Source of the DNA: a virus
Virus genome (UHGV): UHGV-1455077
Strand: one strand, 5' to 3'
DNA: 64,000 bases
Each line of letters begins with the position of its first letter. The stretch's first letter is position 1. The position numbers and the translations under genes are program-made. Shown here piece after piece: positions 10,095 to 18,841 of the stretch. Under the pieces are notes generated by a model that saw only the letters and a program-made list of their open reading frames with translations, was not told the origin of the DNA and ran no database searches.

Positions 10095-10499
10095 ATGCCA
10101 TTGACCGATGATATTTTGGAAATATTAAAAGACCAACTGCAAAAAACAAATGATAACATTGCAGTTCTTGAAAAAAAGAAATTTGAAATTCAAGAAGGAA
10201 TTCAAAAATATATTCTCCAAGCAAAATTATATGAAACAGATTTCGTACCATATAAAGGTCAATGGCTTGATGAAATTACTTTAATTATTGAAGATAATTC
10301 TGGTATTCATCATATACATTATGATGGTGCATCTGTTGATAATAATGCTCATATTTCAGCATATCATACTGGAGAATTTAGTCATTGGGGATATAGTTGG
10401 AGTGATAAAGACCAATCTTATGTATATGATACCTGCTTTGATAATACAAAATTCCCCGTTAAAATAATTGGTTTTTATGATGTTAAAATGGATGAATAA
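10095..10499 (+). CDS. hypothetical protein (start moved to MPLTDD)
   Basis: The track start at 10050 overlaps the upstream gene; ATG at 10095 has an RBS-like aaggataaaaacaATG. Confidence 0.45.
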   Translation: MPLTDDILEILKDQLQKTNDNIAVLEKKKFEIQEGIQKYILQAKLYETDFVPYKGQWLDEITLIIEDNSGIHHIHYDGASVDNNAHISAYHTGEFSHWGYSWSDKDQSYVYDTCFDNTKFPVKIIGFYDVKMDE

Positions 10500-10844
10500 A
10501 TGCTAATAGAAGATGAAGAATTTTTTAAAAATAGTGCTAAAATTAATAGATTATATGCCGAAAATAAAAAAGGGTGCTGTAAATTTGTTAAAATAGATAC
10601 AGATTATCCAAAAATTATTGATGTTTTAGTTGAAGTTGGTATTGTAGAATCAAAAAGTCAATGCAGAAGATTAATTGAACAAAATGGTATAACAATTGAT
10701 GAATCTTGGGAATGTGAACAAAAACCAACAGATATTAATTGTATTGTTGACTTATCTATAGATGATTTTTTTGATGTTAGAATTGGGAAGAAAAAGCATT
10801 TTAGAATTTTTTGTTTAACTCCTAAAGAATTTTTAAAAAATTAA
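10500..10844 (+). CDS. hypothetical protein, possible S4-like RNA-binding fold
   Basis: SKSQCRRLIEQNGITIDE resembles S4 domain helix-loop; weak. Confidence 0.3.
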   Translation: MLIEDEEFFKNSAKINRLYAENKKGCCKFVKIDTDYPKIIDVLVEVGIVESKSQCRRLIEQNGITIDESWECEQKPTDINCIVDLSIDDFFDVRIGKKKHFRIFCLTPKEFLKN

Positions 10845-10980
10845 AAAAGTTTTGGACTTGGAAAAATCTTAATAGAAATAGAATTACAATTAAATTTATT
10901 GATTTAATTTTTCTTAAATGTTATTGGAATATTAAATTATTTAATAAAATAAATATTATCATATTAATAGAGGAATTAAA

Positions 10981-11316
10981 ATGATTGTTGATATTAACTT
11001 AAATAAACCAAATGTTTTTCAAAGTGAAGATTTATTAAATGTTTTGATAATGGATTATAAAAAATTAAAAAATAAAATTAATAATGTTCAAATTTCTATG
11101 ACAGATAGAAATTTATATAAAACTTTACTGCAATATGAAACTTCCTATATGGATGGAGTAGATTTAGAATATTTAGGAGATGGCGGTAATAAACAAAGTA
11201 AAGAATTCTATGTTAATTTTATTGCTATGGTTTTAGAAGCTAAAAAAAGAAATTTGCCATTAAATTATGAAAAATTGATAAGAAATATTGAATATGTTTG
11301 GGCAAATTATTATTAA
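10981..11316 (+). CDS. hypothetical protein
   Basis: 111-aa ORF with RBS agaggaattaaaATG. Confidence 0.45.
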   Translation: MIVDINLNKPNVFQSEDLLNVLIMDYKKLKNKINNVQISMTDRNLYKTLLQYETSYMDGVDLEYLGDGGNKQSKEFYVNFIAMVLEAKKRNLPLNYEKLIRNIEYVWANYY

Positions 11317-11388
11317 TAACATTTTTTGTTATTTTTAGTGATATATAAATAGATTCTAAAAATTTTTTAAATTTTTTATAAAAAATTC

Positions 11389-11417
11389 TTGACAAGTAAA
11401 ATTATTTATATTATATA
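11389..11417 (+). promoter_or_regulatory. sigma70-like promoter
   Basis: ttcttgacaagtaaaattatttatattatata (TTGACA, ~17 bp spacer, TATATA). Confidence 0.55.
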
Positions 11418-11641
11418 TGAATGTACAGAGAGGAAATAAGGTGAAATACCTTATTGAGAGAATTTAGTAAGAAGTACAATGAAAAATTTTCGATGGTGTA
11501 TAAAAGCAACACTCTGACTGCTATAAAAGTATTTTACAATATTTTTAATAGAGATATTATAAAATATTTTTAAGGTTTTTAATTTATTATTATAAATATC
11601 TTATGAACAAATAAATATTTTATGAAAAAAGAAAAAAATTC

Positions 11642-11670
11642 TTGACAAGTAAAATAAATAAGTTTATAAG
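11642..11670 (+). promoter_or_regulatory. sigma70-like promoter
   Basis: ttcttgacaagtaaaataaataagtttataag. Confidence 0.55.
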
Positions 11671-11806
11671 ATAGATATTGAAAAGGAAAAAAGTGATACA
11701 CAGTAATGTGGAAAATAATTCAAGAGATTATCAAATGTTTGCGATTAAACCTGCAAGCAAAAGGGCTTATATGTAACTATACAAAGGTATAAAATAGATA
11801 CAAAAT

Positions 11807-11843
11807 AAGCTCTAAAAGAAAATCTTTAGAGCTTTTTCTTTTT
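11807..11843 (+). terminator. rho-independent terminator
   Basis: aagctctaaaagaaaatctttagagctttttcttttt. Confidence 0.75.
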
Positions 11844-11867
11844 AATAAAAATAAATTAAAAAAGTTC

Positions 11868-11896
11868 TTGACATTAAAAAATAAATGATGTATAAG
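11868..11896 (+). promoter_or_regulatory. sigma70-like promoter (near-duplicate of 11963)
   Basis: aaaaagttcttgacattaaaaaataaatgatgtataag. Confidence 0.55.
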
Positions 11897-11962
11897 AACA
11901 AACATTGAAAGAAATTGAAAACATAAGTTGAAAAATCTTTCAAAAATAAATTAAAAAAGTTC

Positions 11963-11991
11963 TTGACAAACAAAATTAAATAGTTTATAAA
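11963..11991 (+). promoter_or_regulatory. sigma70-like promoter (near-duplicate of 11868)
   Basis: aaaaagttcttgacaaacaaaattaaatagtttataaa. Confidence 0.55.
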
Positions 11992-12438
11992 GAACACATA
12001 AAGAACGAAAGTTCTTGTTATAAAAGAAAAAATGGAGACCTTGCTCCTTGATAAACTTCAAATAATCTAAATCACCAAGGGATAACCTGACGACTATATG
12101 GTGTAACAGCAGATATAGAGAACGGTTAGAGGGAGATAGCAAAAACCCCTCAATTTATATAAGTGGTTAATAATGTGGAACTCATAAAAGTAATATTATA
12201 AGTATGCGATAAACGACATAGATGTAAGTGAAAGTAATATGAAATGAACGGAGTTTAAATTCCATAGACCATATGCGAAAAGATTAGGTATGGACACTTT
12301 TTAGTTTATTAACCATTTATATAAATTTATTTGAGCAACAAGATATTCGGGTCTCTACCGAATACGTTAGAACCTTCGGCGATTTTAGCAACAGTTCTTC
12401 ACGATAATTACGATAAGATTATCAAAGATTTTTTTAAT

Positions 12439-12524
12439 GCAGAGTTATACCGTAGGAGTAGCGGGACAGACTGTAAATCTGTTGCCTTTTGGCTCGGGTG
12501 GTGCGACTCCATCACTCTGCACCA
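12439..12524 (+). tRNA. tRNA-Tyr (GTA), type II
   Basis: Acceptor GCAGAGT/ACTCTGC; anticodon stem ACAGA/TCTGT; loop CTGTAAA; long variable arm; T-arm GGTGG-TGCGACT-CCATC; CCA encoded. Confidence 0.7.
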
Positions 12525-12534
12525 TTATTTTAAT

Positions 12535-12610
12535 GGCACTCTAGCAACCACGGTTGATGCGTCTGTCTGAAGAACAGAATAACTCGGTTCGACTCCGAGG
12601 GGTGCCACCA
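12535..12610 (+). tRNA. tRNA-Phe (GAA)
   Basis: Acceptor GGCACTC/GGGTGCC (one G.U pair); T-arm CTCGG-TTCGACT-CCGAG; anticodon loop CTGAAGA; CCA encoded. Confidence 0.6.
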
Positions 12611-12618
12611 ATTTTATT

Positions 12619-12698
12619 CGGGTAGTTGGGGAGTTTGGTTACCCCGCTTGCTTTGGGAGCAAGAGAACTCGCAGGTTCGAATCCTGCCTACCCGACCA
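12619..12698 (+). tRNA. tRNA-Pro (TGG)
   Basis: Acceptor CGGGTAG/CTACCCG; D-stem GGGG/CCCC; anticodon stem CTTGC/GCAAG; loop TTTGGGA; T-arm GCAGG-TTCGAAT-CCTGC. Confidence 0.7.
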
Positions 12699-12782
12699 TT
12701 TTTAATAAATTAAATGTTCCAATAGTTTCTAACTAGCTAGTAGAATAAAGGATAATAACCTTTTTGGAACGCCGAGTTTCTT

Positions 12783-12860
12783 GGGCCAGTAGTTCAGTTA
12801 GGGAGAACGCCTGCTTTGCAAGCAGGATGTCGTGGGTTCGATTCCCACCTGTGTCCACCA
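12783..12860 (+). tRNA. tRNA-Ala (TGC)-like with imperfect acceptor stem (possible pseudogene)
   Basis: Body closely resembles bacterial tRNA-Ala (AGTTCAGTTAGGGAGAACGCCTGCTTTGCAAGCAGG...GTGGGTTCGATTCCCAC), but 5' GGGCCAG pairs poorly with 3' CTGTGTCC. Confidence 0.4.
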
Positions 12861-13146
12861 ATTTTTAAAAAGATTTGTGATAGGTGAAAACTATCATAAA
12901 AATGGGTAAATGCATACCGTTAGTCACAAGCATTCGGAGTCAGCCGCTTCGTTAGATAAGGGTATCGCCGTTTGAGATTTTAAGCGTTATTAATAAATCT
13001 CACCAGTTAGGTAGACAACTCCTGATTTGACTAATCCAGAACATTAGGTGAAGATGTTTTTAATATATATTGAAAAGAGAAGCCGAGCGTCACTCGCTCT
13101 AAAGGAGTAATTGTAAATCGCTCACCAATTTATTTAAGTTTAAAAA

Positions 13147-13491
13147 ATGATAGAATTAAGAAATTGTAAAAAACACGGTTTAACAGAATTTTCATATCAT
13201 AAATCTGGTAATAGATGGAGATGTAAAAAATGTATGGTTGAAGCTGTTAAATTAAGAAGGAAAAAAATTAAAGAAAAAGCTGTCGAATATAAAGGTGGAA
13301 AATGCGAAATCTGTGGATATAATAAATGTATAGATGCATTAGAATTTCATCATTTAAATCCAAAAGAAAAAGATTTTGGAATTGGAGAAAAAGGTTATAC
13401 TCGCAGTTGGATAAAAATTCAAGAAGAACTTGATAAATGTATTATGGTGTGTGCAAATTGCCATAGAGAAATACATAATAAAGATACGTAA
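13147..13491 (+). CDS. HNH homing endonuclease with zinc-binding motifs
   Basis: CKKC...CEICGY...EFHHLNP...CANCHREIH; sits inside the tRNA cluster. Confidence 0.85.
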   Translation: MIELRNCKKHGLTEFSYHKSGNRWRCKKCMVEAVKLRRKKIKEKAVEYKGGKCEICGYNKCIDALEFHHLNPKEKDFGIGEKGYTRSWIKIQEELDKCIMVCANCHREIHNKDT

Positions 13492-13498
13492 TTTTTAT

Positions 13499-13575
13499 TC
13501 TGACGTAGCTCAGTTGGTTAGAGCGTTCGCCTGTTAAGCGAAGGGTCATAGGTTCAAGTCCTATCGTCAGAGCCA
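13499..13575 (+). tRNA. tRNA-Asn (GTT)
   Basis: Acceptor TCTGACG/CGTCAGA; D GCTC/GAGC; anticodon stem TTCGC/GCGAA; loop CTGTTAA; T-arm ATAGG-TTCAAGT-CCTAT; G73 then CCA. Confidence 0.8.
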
Positions 13576-13770
13576 ATATTTAATAAAAAATTTGTATGAA
13601 AGCTAGTGAGTAATACAGATAGTTTAACCCATCTGTACTTCAACAGGGTTCTTGCCATAGAAATAAATGGTCGTTGGATAGAAAATGTCAATGTTATGAA
13701 AAGGAACATTCAAAGTTTTAGTTTTTGAGTGGTAGTTACTAAATTAACAAATAAACTACCATACTTTTAT

Positions 13771-13846
13771 GGTTCGGTGACAGAACGATTAATGTACCCG
13801 TCTGCAAAACGGTGTTTAGTGGGTTTGACTCCCACCCGAATCTCCA
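13771..13846 (+). tRNA. tRNA-Cys (GCA), atypical D-arm
   Basis: Acceptor GGTTCGG/CCGAATC; anticodon stem CCGT/ACGG with loop CTGCAAA; T-arm GTGGG-TTTGACT-CCCAC; T73 then CCA. Confidence 0.5.
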
Positions 13847-13871
13847 TTATTGTTTTTTCAAAATTTTTAAG

Positions 13872-14010
13872 AATGGTGAGAAATTGATTTACATAGACTG
13901 GAAATCCGTGTGTAGAAAGTTCGATTCTTTCCCCATCGACCATTTAACGGTGGGTAGCTCATTGGTAGAGCAACGTAAAATGATAATCAATTGTTATGTT
14001 CCTTCTTAAT
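13872..14010 (+). ncRNA. structured tRNA-like RNA unit A (permuted)
   Basis: Order along the strand: aatggtgagaaattgatttacatag leader; T-arm GAAAG-TTCGATT-CTTTC; acceptor 3' strand CCCATCG-A-CCA; 5-nt spacer; acceptor 5' strand CGGTGGG; D-arm GCTC-ATTGGTA-GAGC. The unit is closed by AATTGATT (13882-13889) pairing with AATCAATT (13985-13992). Confidence 0.55.
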
Positions 14011-14029
14011 TTTAAAAGTTTTGGTAGTT

Positions 14030-14067
14030 GGAAGTTAAGCTTTTGGGGCAGGAGCAACTTAACTTCC
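14030..14067 (+). ncRNA. strong 10-bp hairpin of unknown role
   Basis: GGAAGTTAAG ... CTTAACTTCC with an 18-nt loop. Confidence 0.3.
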
Positions 14068-14483
14068 ATCTATTGATGCGTGTCCTGATTTAATTAATTA
14101 CCTTCTCGTGGTTCAGGATGTAAGTAAGAATTGCAGTTTTTGACATAAGACAATTCTGAAACTAAAGATTAATATTAAAATGATTTAATTGAAGTATAGT
14201 AAATTAAATAAGTTGATTAAATAAGTGAGCAAGATAGAATCAACTAAAGGTAATAATATGCAGATTATATGCCGAACTACTAACGCTTAAGGTAGATGTA
14301 GGAAATAACCTCGGTAGGGCAATTTAATTGTTAATCTCTTAGAAGTCCTAAAAAAATAAACCGTTTTAAAAAACTGCGTTAAATTAAAATTTTGAAATTG
14401 TTGTTCTCCTTTCATTGTTTTTCATACAACAAGAGTAAAAATATTCTTAGTATCGGGAGAGGTAATATCTTATCTCTCTCTTT

Positions 14484-14663
14484 TTATAAAAATGCTGGCA
14501 ATATTGGTTCGAATCCAATATGTATATCTTATCCTAAAAATTACTATTATAGTATTAGATTTAAATAGTAATGATATGTCAAATTTAATAAGAACGTGTT
14601 ATTGAATTATATACATTAGTTTAATGGTAGAACCCCAGCATTTCTATAAGAAGATTTTTATGG
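14484..14663 (+). ncRNA. permuted tRNA-like element
   Basis: The 3' half (GCTGG, variable loop, ATTGG-TTCGAAT-CCAAT, ATGTATA-T; 14494-14527) lies about 80 nt upstream of the 5' half (TATACAT-TA-GTTT-AATGGTA-GAAC-C-CCAGC; 14610-14639). Acceptor 7/7 and anticodon-stem 5/5 are complementary across the two halves. Outer closing stem ATAAAAAT/ATTTTTAT. Confidence 0.55.
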
Positions 14664-14735
14664 GTGTATAAGTCAACGGTTAGACTAACAGCCTTTTAAG
14701 CTGTAGATTCGGGTTCGATTCCTTTATAATCAATA
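14658..14735 (+). tRNA. tRNA-Lys (TTT)-like with degenerate 3' end (possible pseudogene)
   Basis: Acceptor 5' GGGTGTA; D AGTC/GACT; anticodon stem ACAGC/GCTGT; loop CTTTTAA. The T-arm is truncated (CGGG-TTCGATT-CC) and there is no matching acceptor 3' strand. Confidence 0.35.
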
Positions 14736-15219
14736 ATGTATAAGAAAAATAACAAATTTCTTTCTTGATAATTAGGTAATGAAATTAATGCCTAATTATG
14801 ACAAGTATTTAACAAAATTTTCTGACTCTAATCAAAGAATTAGTGATTGATAGTTTAAGAATTATCTGTATACGTGAATGACACCCTTTATCAACGTTTG
14901 CATACATAACTGCATAAATCAAGATGGGTTAGGTGGTCGTTTATCCGTTTCACCTTTCATATGATAAACAAAACGAAAAACGGATTGCATTTTTTATAAT
15001 ATTCAAAATGGGTATTAGATAAGATATTGGTAGCTAGATAACCCAATATATGATAAAAACCATTATTGATAAGGTTTAAGATTTCGACCTTTAACCCAAT
15101 GGAAATCCAGTTTATCTATTGTACTTGGTTAACAATAGCGTAGAATTGGTCATTCTCAAAAAGGTACGTAAGCCTTTTTATATTAAATAAATATCTTATA
15201 TAATTTATGAGGTATTAAA

Positions 15220-15642
15220 ATGAAATTAATTGACATATTAGCATTATTTAAAGCTATAAAAAATACTGCTAAAAAATATCATTGGAAAACTGTTGGCACA
15301 ACATTTATGTCTGACCATTTATTATTTGATAGAATTTATGATGATATTGATGATGACCAAATTGATACAATTGTTGAACAATATTATATGGGTCTTGGAA
15401 GAAAAGATATTGATGATTTAGATAATTTAATTGCATTATCTGCTCAATATGAAGGACAGTCTTTTACTGCTTCTTCTGAAAATTTATTAATGATGTATCA
15501 AGAATTAGCAAGAATGATGAATACATTTTTAGTAAATGTTGAAAAATTAAATTTATTAAGAGGTATAAATTCTGAATTAGATAATATTGCATCAACAATT
15601 ACTCAATTATATGGTTTAGTAACTGCAAGATTAATTCAGTAA
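15220..15642 (+). CDS. hypothetical protein
   Basis: 140-aa ORF with RBS tgaggtattaaaATG. Confidence 0.5.
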   Translation: MKLIDILALFKAIKNTAKKYHWKTVGTTFMSDHLLFDRIYDDIDDDQIDTIVEQYYMGLGRKDIDDLDNLIALSAQYEGQSFTASSENLLMMYQELARMMNTFLVNVEKLNLLRGINSELDNIASTITQLYGLVTARLIQ

Positions 15643-15673
15643 TTTATAAATTTAATATTATAAACATTTAAAT

Positions 15674-15750
15674 GACCCCATCGTCTAAATGGTTAGGATA
15701 CCACCCTTTCAAGGTGAAGATTACGGGTTCAAATCCCGTTGGGGTCGCCA
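15674..15750 (+). tRNA. tRNA-Glu (TTC)
   Basis: Acceptor GACCCCA/TGGGGTC; close to bacterial tRNA-Glu (TCGTCTAAATGGTTAGGATACCACCCTTTCAAGGTG); T-arm ACGGG-TTCAAAT-CCCGT; G73 then CCA. Confidence 0.8.
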
Positions 15751-15978
15751 ATTTTGGTTGCTATCGGAAATCAAGTGCGAATTTATGATATGATATATCG
15801 GATAAATCATATGGAAAAATGGTAACTTGTGGTACGCCAAACTTAATATGTACCGATAATGTATTAAGTTAAAAATAGCGTTTTAATATTCAATTTGTCC
15901 TTGCCTTTACTTTATAAAGGACTTACAGGCGAGGGGGTGGTCTGGAGTTTAAATAGAGGAAAGTCCCCCAACATTTTT

Positions 15979-16052
15979 GGTGTATTAGTTTAATGGTAAA
16001 ACTCCCGACTGTCTATCGGAAATCAAGGGTTCGATTCCCTTATACACCGCCA
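15979..16052 (+). tRNA. tRNA-Asp (GTC)
   Basis: Acceptor GGTGTAT/ATACACC; loop CTGTCTA; T-arm AAGGG-TTCGATT-CCCTT; G73 then CCA. Confidence 0.75.
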
Positions 16053-16107
16053 TTTTTTATTTTATGGGAATATTATCATTCGATATTATATTTTTATCTA
16101 TCAAATA

Positions 16108-16320
16108 GTGATAAATCAACAGCTTAAGATTAGGACACTTAATAAATGAAACAATGTAATTTTTGTGTGTAGTAAAATTTATTGGTAGTAATTTATTAAT
16201 ATATGGAAAATCTAATGAATCATTAATGTAGAAATACACAACTTTAATGATAGTGAAAAATAATTGTCAATGGTATTTCAAACAATTGTTTGATTTGATA
16301 TATAACCACGATATAATTAT
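16108..16320 (+). ncRNA. two further ATAGTGA-leader units (H at 16108, I at 16250), reduced versions of the structured RNA family
   Basis: aatagtgataaatcaac... and gatagtgaaaaataattg ... caattgtttg. Unit I has the closing stem AATAATTG/CAATTGTT with one G.U pair. Confidence 0.35.
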
Positions 16321-16377
16321 ATAATCAAGGTTTTACCTTGGTATTCCCCACCAAATTTATTAGAAGGATTTTTAATA

Positions 16378-16704
16378 ATGAAATATAAAAAGAAATATAT
16401 TGTAGTTGGTGCATACAAGATGAAAGATAATACAATTAATTATTCTTTTTATTATATGAATGAATGCTTTTTAAATACTTTTGCAACAACTTATTCATTA
16501 AATGAAGCTAAAGAAATTGTTAAACAGCTTTATAAAAATGTTAAAAAAGTTAATAAGCTAAAGAAAAATCGAAAAAGATATACATATTTCATTGTTAAAG
16601 CACATACATCAAAAACAAAATTATCTAATGGAAAATATTTATATATTAATAGAGATATACTTGATGAATTTAGTTCATATTGTATTAAATGTGAAATTAA
16701 ATAA
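16378..16704 (+). CDS. hypothetical basic protein
   Basis: 108-aa ORF with RBS agaaggatttttaataATG. Confidence 0.45.
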   Translation: MKYKKKYIVVGAYKMKDNTINYSFYYMNECFLNTFATTYSLNEAKEIVKQLYKNVKKVNKLKKNRKRYTYFIVKAHTSKTKLSNGKYLYINRDILDEFSSYCIKCEIK

Positions 16705-17021
16705 AAATGAGATATATGCCTAATGTTTTCGGTAAAAAATCAAGAAAACAAATGCCTAAATGGTCAAGACATATATCAATAGTCTGTGGTACCAAATTCC
16801 GTAAGGTTCAGCGGGAACTCCTGTATTTATACTTTCCTGCTGGTAAAAAGTTCAGTCATCGAACATAGAATGACCAAACCAGCGATAAAGGTGGAAAGCC
16901 TTTAACAATATATGTGTAGATATGGCGAAAGTTGGTAAAAGCTCCGAGTGATATTGGTTTTAGGTTGTTTGAATTTTGAAGGTTAAAATTCAATTCCTTT
17001 TTCTATGTATATAATTAATTT

Positions 17022-17097
17022 GGGTGTGTAACTTAATTGGTAGAGAAACTGACTCTTAATCAGTATGATGAGGGTTCGAGTCCCTCTGCACCCACCA
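17022..17097 (+). tRNA. tRNA-Lys (CTT)
   Basis: Acceptor GGGTGTG/TGCACCC; anticodon stem ACTGA/TCAGT; loop CTCTTAA; T-arm GAGGG-TTCGAGT-CCCTC; A73 then CCA. Confidence 0.75.
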
Positions 17098-17113
17098 ATA
17101 TGTAAATTTAATT

Positions 17114-17189
17114 GCACCCATAGGCTAATTGGACAAACCCAAAGTCTTCTAAACTTTTATTACAGGTTCGAGTCCTGTTGGGTGTGCCA
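17114..17189 (+). tRNA. tRNA-Arg (TCT)
   Basis: Acceptor GCACCCA/TGGGTGT; anticodon stem AAAGT/ACTTT; loop CTTCTAA; T-arm ACAGG-TTCGAGT-CCTGT; G73 then CCA. Confidence 0.7.
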
Positions 17190-17199
17190 TTTATAAAAA

Positions 17200-17337
17200 A
17201 TGATGAAACGGTGTGGCGGTGTACACGTCTGAAAGTAATAGACCTAGACTTTTAGTTTGAAAGTGAAAGCTAAACAAAGGTATTACCGTTAGAGGAAGTA
17301 AGAAGTCATTGGTTCAACTCCAATTTTCATCACAAAT
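17200..17337 (+). ncRNA. unusually long (~137 nt) tRNA-like element
   Basis: Perfect 7-bp acceptor pairing TGATGAA/TTCATCA flanks a T-arm (CATTGG-TTCAACT-CCAATT). No encoded CCA. The body is too long for a canonical tRNA. Confidence 0.35.
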
Positions 17338-17413
17338 GCTCGGTTAGTTCAGTTGGAAGAACACCGCTTTTACACAGCGGGGGTCGGCAGTTCGAACCTG
17401 TCACCGAGTACCA
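17338..17413 (+). tRNA. tRNA-Val (TAC)
   Basis: Acceptor GCTCGGT/ACCGAGT; D GTTC/GAAC; anticodon stem CCGCT/AGCGG; loop TTTACAC; T-arm GGCAG-TTCGAAC-CTGTC; A73 then CCA. Confidence 0.8.
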
Positions 17414-17422
17414 AAAAATATC

Positions 17423-17451
17423 TTGACAATAAATAAAATAAATTATATAAT
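17423..17451 (+). promoter_or_regulatory. consensus sigma70 promoter (TTGACA-17-TATAAT)
   Basis: tcttgacaataaataaaataaattatataat, immediately upstream of tRNA-Gln. Confidence 0.65.
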
Positions 17452-17461
17452 AAAGTTATAT

Positions 17462-17535
17462 TGGAAAGTCATCTAAGGGTAGGATAGCGGACTTTGACTC
17501 CGTTCATACTGGTTCGAATCCAGTCTTTCCAGCCA
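17462..17535 (+). tRNA. tRNA-Gln (TTG)
   Basis: Acceptor TGGAAAG/CTTTCCA; anticodon stem GCGGA/TCCGT; loop CTTTGAC; T-arm ACTGG-TTCGAAT-CCAGT; G73 then CCA. Confidence 0.7.
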
Positions 17536-17819
17536 TTTTTTAACTGGGGTTATGACTGTTATTCCCCATTCAGGTAAATGATACAGCTATTGTTATGAAG
17601 TAACACGTTGAGGAATACTATCGTGAAAAAGTATTGGTTTGTTGGTTATTTGTTAGATATGTCAAAGTTTTGGAATTCCCAAAAACCTGAAATCAACAGG
17701 GTATAATAAAACATCCTTGAGTTATATTAAGTTTGTCTTAAAGCATTTAATATAAACATTAAAGTTTTATTCGTGAATACTGAAACAATGTTAAGTACGT
17801 TAATCTTAACAATGTTAAT

Positions 17820-17911
17820 GGAATGTTACCCAAGTCTGGTGAAGGGGACTGTTTGCTAAACAGTTAGGAGCAGTAATGTTCGCAGAGGTTCAAATCCTCT
17901 ACATTCCGCCA
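17820..17911 (+). tRNA. tRNA-Ser (GCT), type II
   Basis: Acceptor GGAATGT/ACATTCC; anticodon stem ACTGT/ACAGT; loop TTGCTAA; long variable arm; T-arm AGAGG-TTCAAAT-CCTCT; G73 then CCA. Confidence 0.75.
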
Positions 17912-17941
17912 TTTTGAAAAATAATTTTTCAAAAAAAGTTC

Positions 17942-17970
17942 TTGACAATATAAATTAAATATATTATATT
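17942..17970 (+). promoter_or_regulatory. sigma70-like promoter
   Basis: aaaaagttcttgacaatataaattaaatatattatatt. Confidence 0.55.
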
Positions 17971-18374
17971 AAGTTCATAAGGAGTTACCATTAGTCCTTA
18001 AATCACAATCATAATGGCGTTAGAATATCACGAGACGATATTTGGTTTGTAGTTATCCAGAACTATAATGTCACAATACGGACATTTCGTAAATTTAAAA
18101 ACTGTATTGCGTGGCTGATTACCCATACCATTACGACAAGATGGTTAAAAAATTTAGGTTAAAATGTGATTCCTATAAATCAAAAAAGACATTCTTTTAC
18201 TATTTTAGAGTTAGAAAATAGCGTTCATAATTAGAGTGAAATTATCGGTGAATTTGATATTACATCGTGATAAAAAATATTGAAGGAAGGAAAACCGTGT
18301 TGAAACCTTATTTAATCATTGTTATAAATGATTCGTGGTGATTCAATAACTATTACGTGAATATAGTTTTTAAT

Positions 18375-18452
18375 AGGCTCGTGGTGTTAATGGTTGGCAC
18401 GTTCGCCTGATAAGCGAGAGGTTTGTGAGTTCGAATCTCACCGAGCCTACCA
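18375..18452 (+). tRNA. tRNA-Ile (GAT)
   Basis: Acceptor AGGCTCG/CGAGCCT; anticodon stem TTCGC/GCGAG; loop CTGATAA; T-arm GTGAG-TTCGAAT-CTCAC; A73 then CCA. Confidence 0.75.
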
Positions 18453-18487
18453 AATTAAAATTAATTTTTTGTGGGAGTATAAAATAA

Positions 18488-18700
18488 ATGCCAATGGAAA
18501 AGAAAGTTCTTACACAGGAAGAAAAAGAACTTAAAAAGAAAGAACAAGAATTTAATAAACATATGAATCAAGTATGGAAGCTAAGACCATATAAAATTAA
18601 TGGAATTTCTAAGAATGTTGGTAAAGCTCCAAAATGTAATACAAAAGTTAAAACTGAAAGACCAGTTGAAATGGTAAATCAGAAAAAGAAAAAGAAGTAA
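18488..18700 (+). CDS. small Lys-rich hypothetical protein
   Basis: 70-aa ORF with RBS gggagtataaaataaATG. Confidence 0.4.
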   Translation: MPMEKKVLTQEEKELKKKEQEFNKHMNQVWKLRPYKINGISKNVGKAPKCNTKVKTERPVEMVNQKKKKK

Positions 18701-18841
18701 TTAAAAAATATTTTTAATCGAAATTGAGTAAATCTTGAATATTTTATATTTGCAAGATAAATGCGATAGAGTAGCGAGAATCGAACGCTTGTAACAAATG
18801 TTCGGCTGTTAGAGTTCAGTATAAAAACTCATTTTTCTTAT

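Noticed and set aside
12331-12570. 79-aa plus-strand ORF from the six-frame track
   Set aside because: It lies entirely over tRNA-Tyr and the start of tRNA-Phe; it has no RBS and a non-phage amino-acid composition. It is a translation artefact of structured RNA. The same applies to 13812..14009 and 23455..23637 (minus strand).
14494-14527. attP / integration core: a tRNA 3' half carried by a temperate phage
   Set aside because: The matching 5' half is also present 80 nt downstream, and two further permuted pairs exist. No integrase, excisionase or repressor gene is in the window. The arrangement fits the repeated structured-RNA units better than an integration site.
15900-15978. RNase P RNA: the sequence agaggaaagtccccc resembles the P4 start GAGGAAAGUCCGGGC
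   Set aside because: No other conserved RNase P elements (e.g. GGUAAxxxCACC, ACAGAAxxCGGCUUA) lie within 400 nt. The flanking sequence is occupied by tRNA-Asp.
11389-17970. Possible CRISPR array suggested by repeated aaaaagttcttgaca elements
   Set aside because: The repeats are promoter-like (TTGACA-N17-TATAAT) and irregularly spaced (250-6000 bp) with unrelated lengths between them. There is no regular repeat-spacer periodicity and no cas genes.
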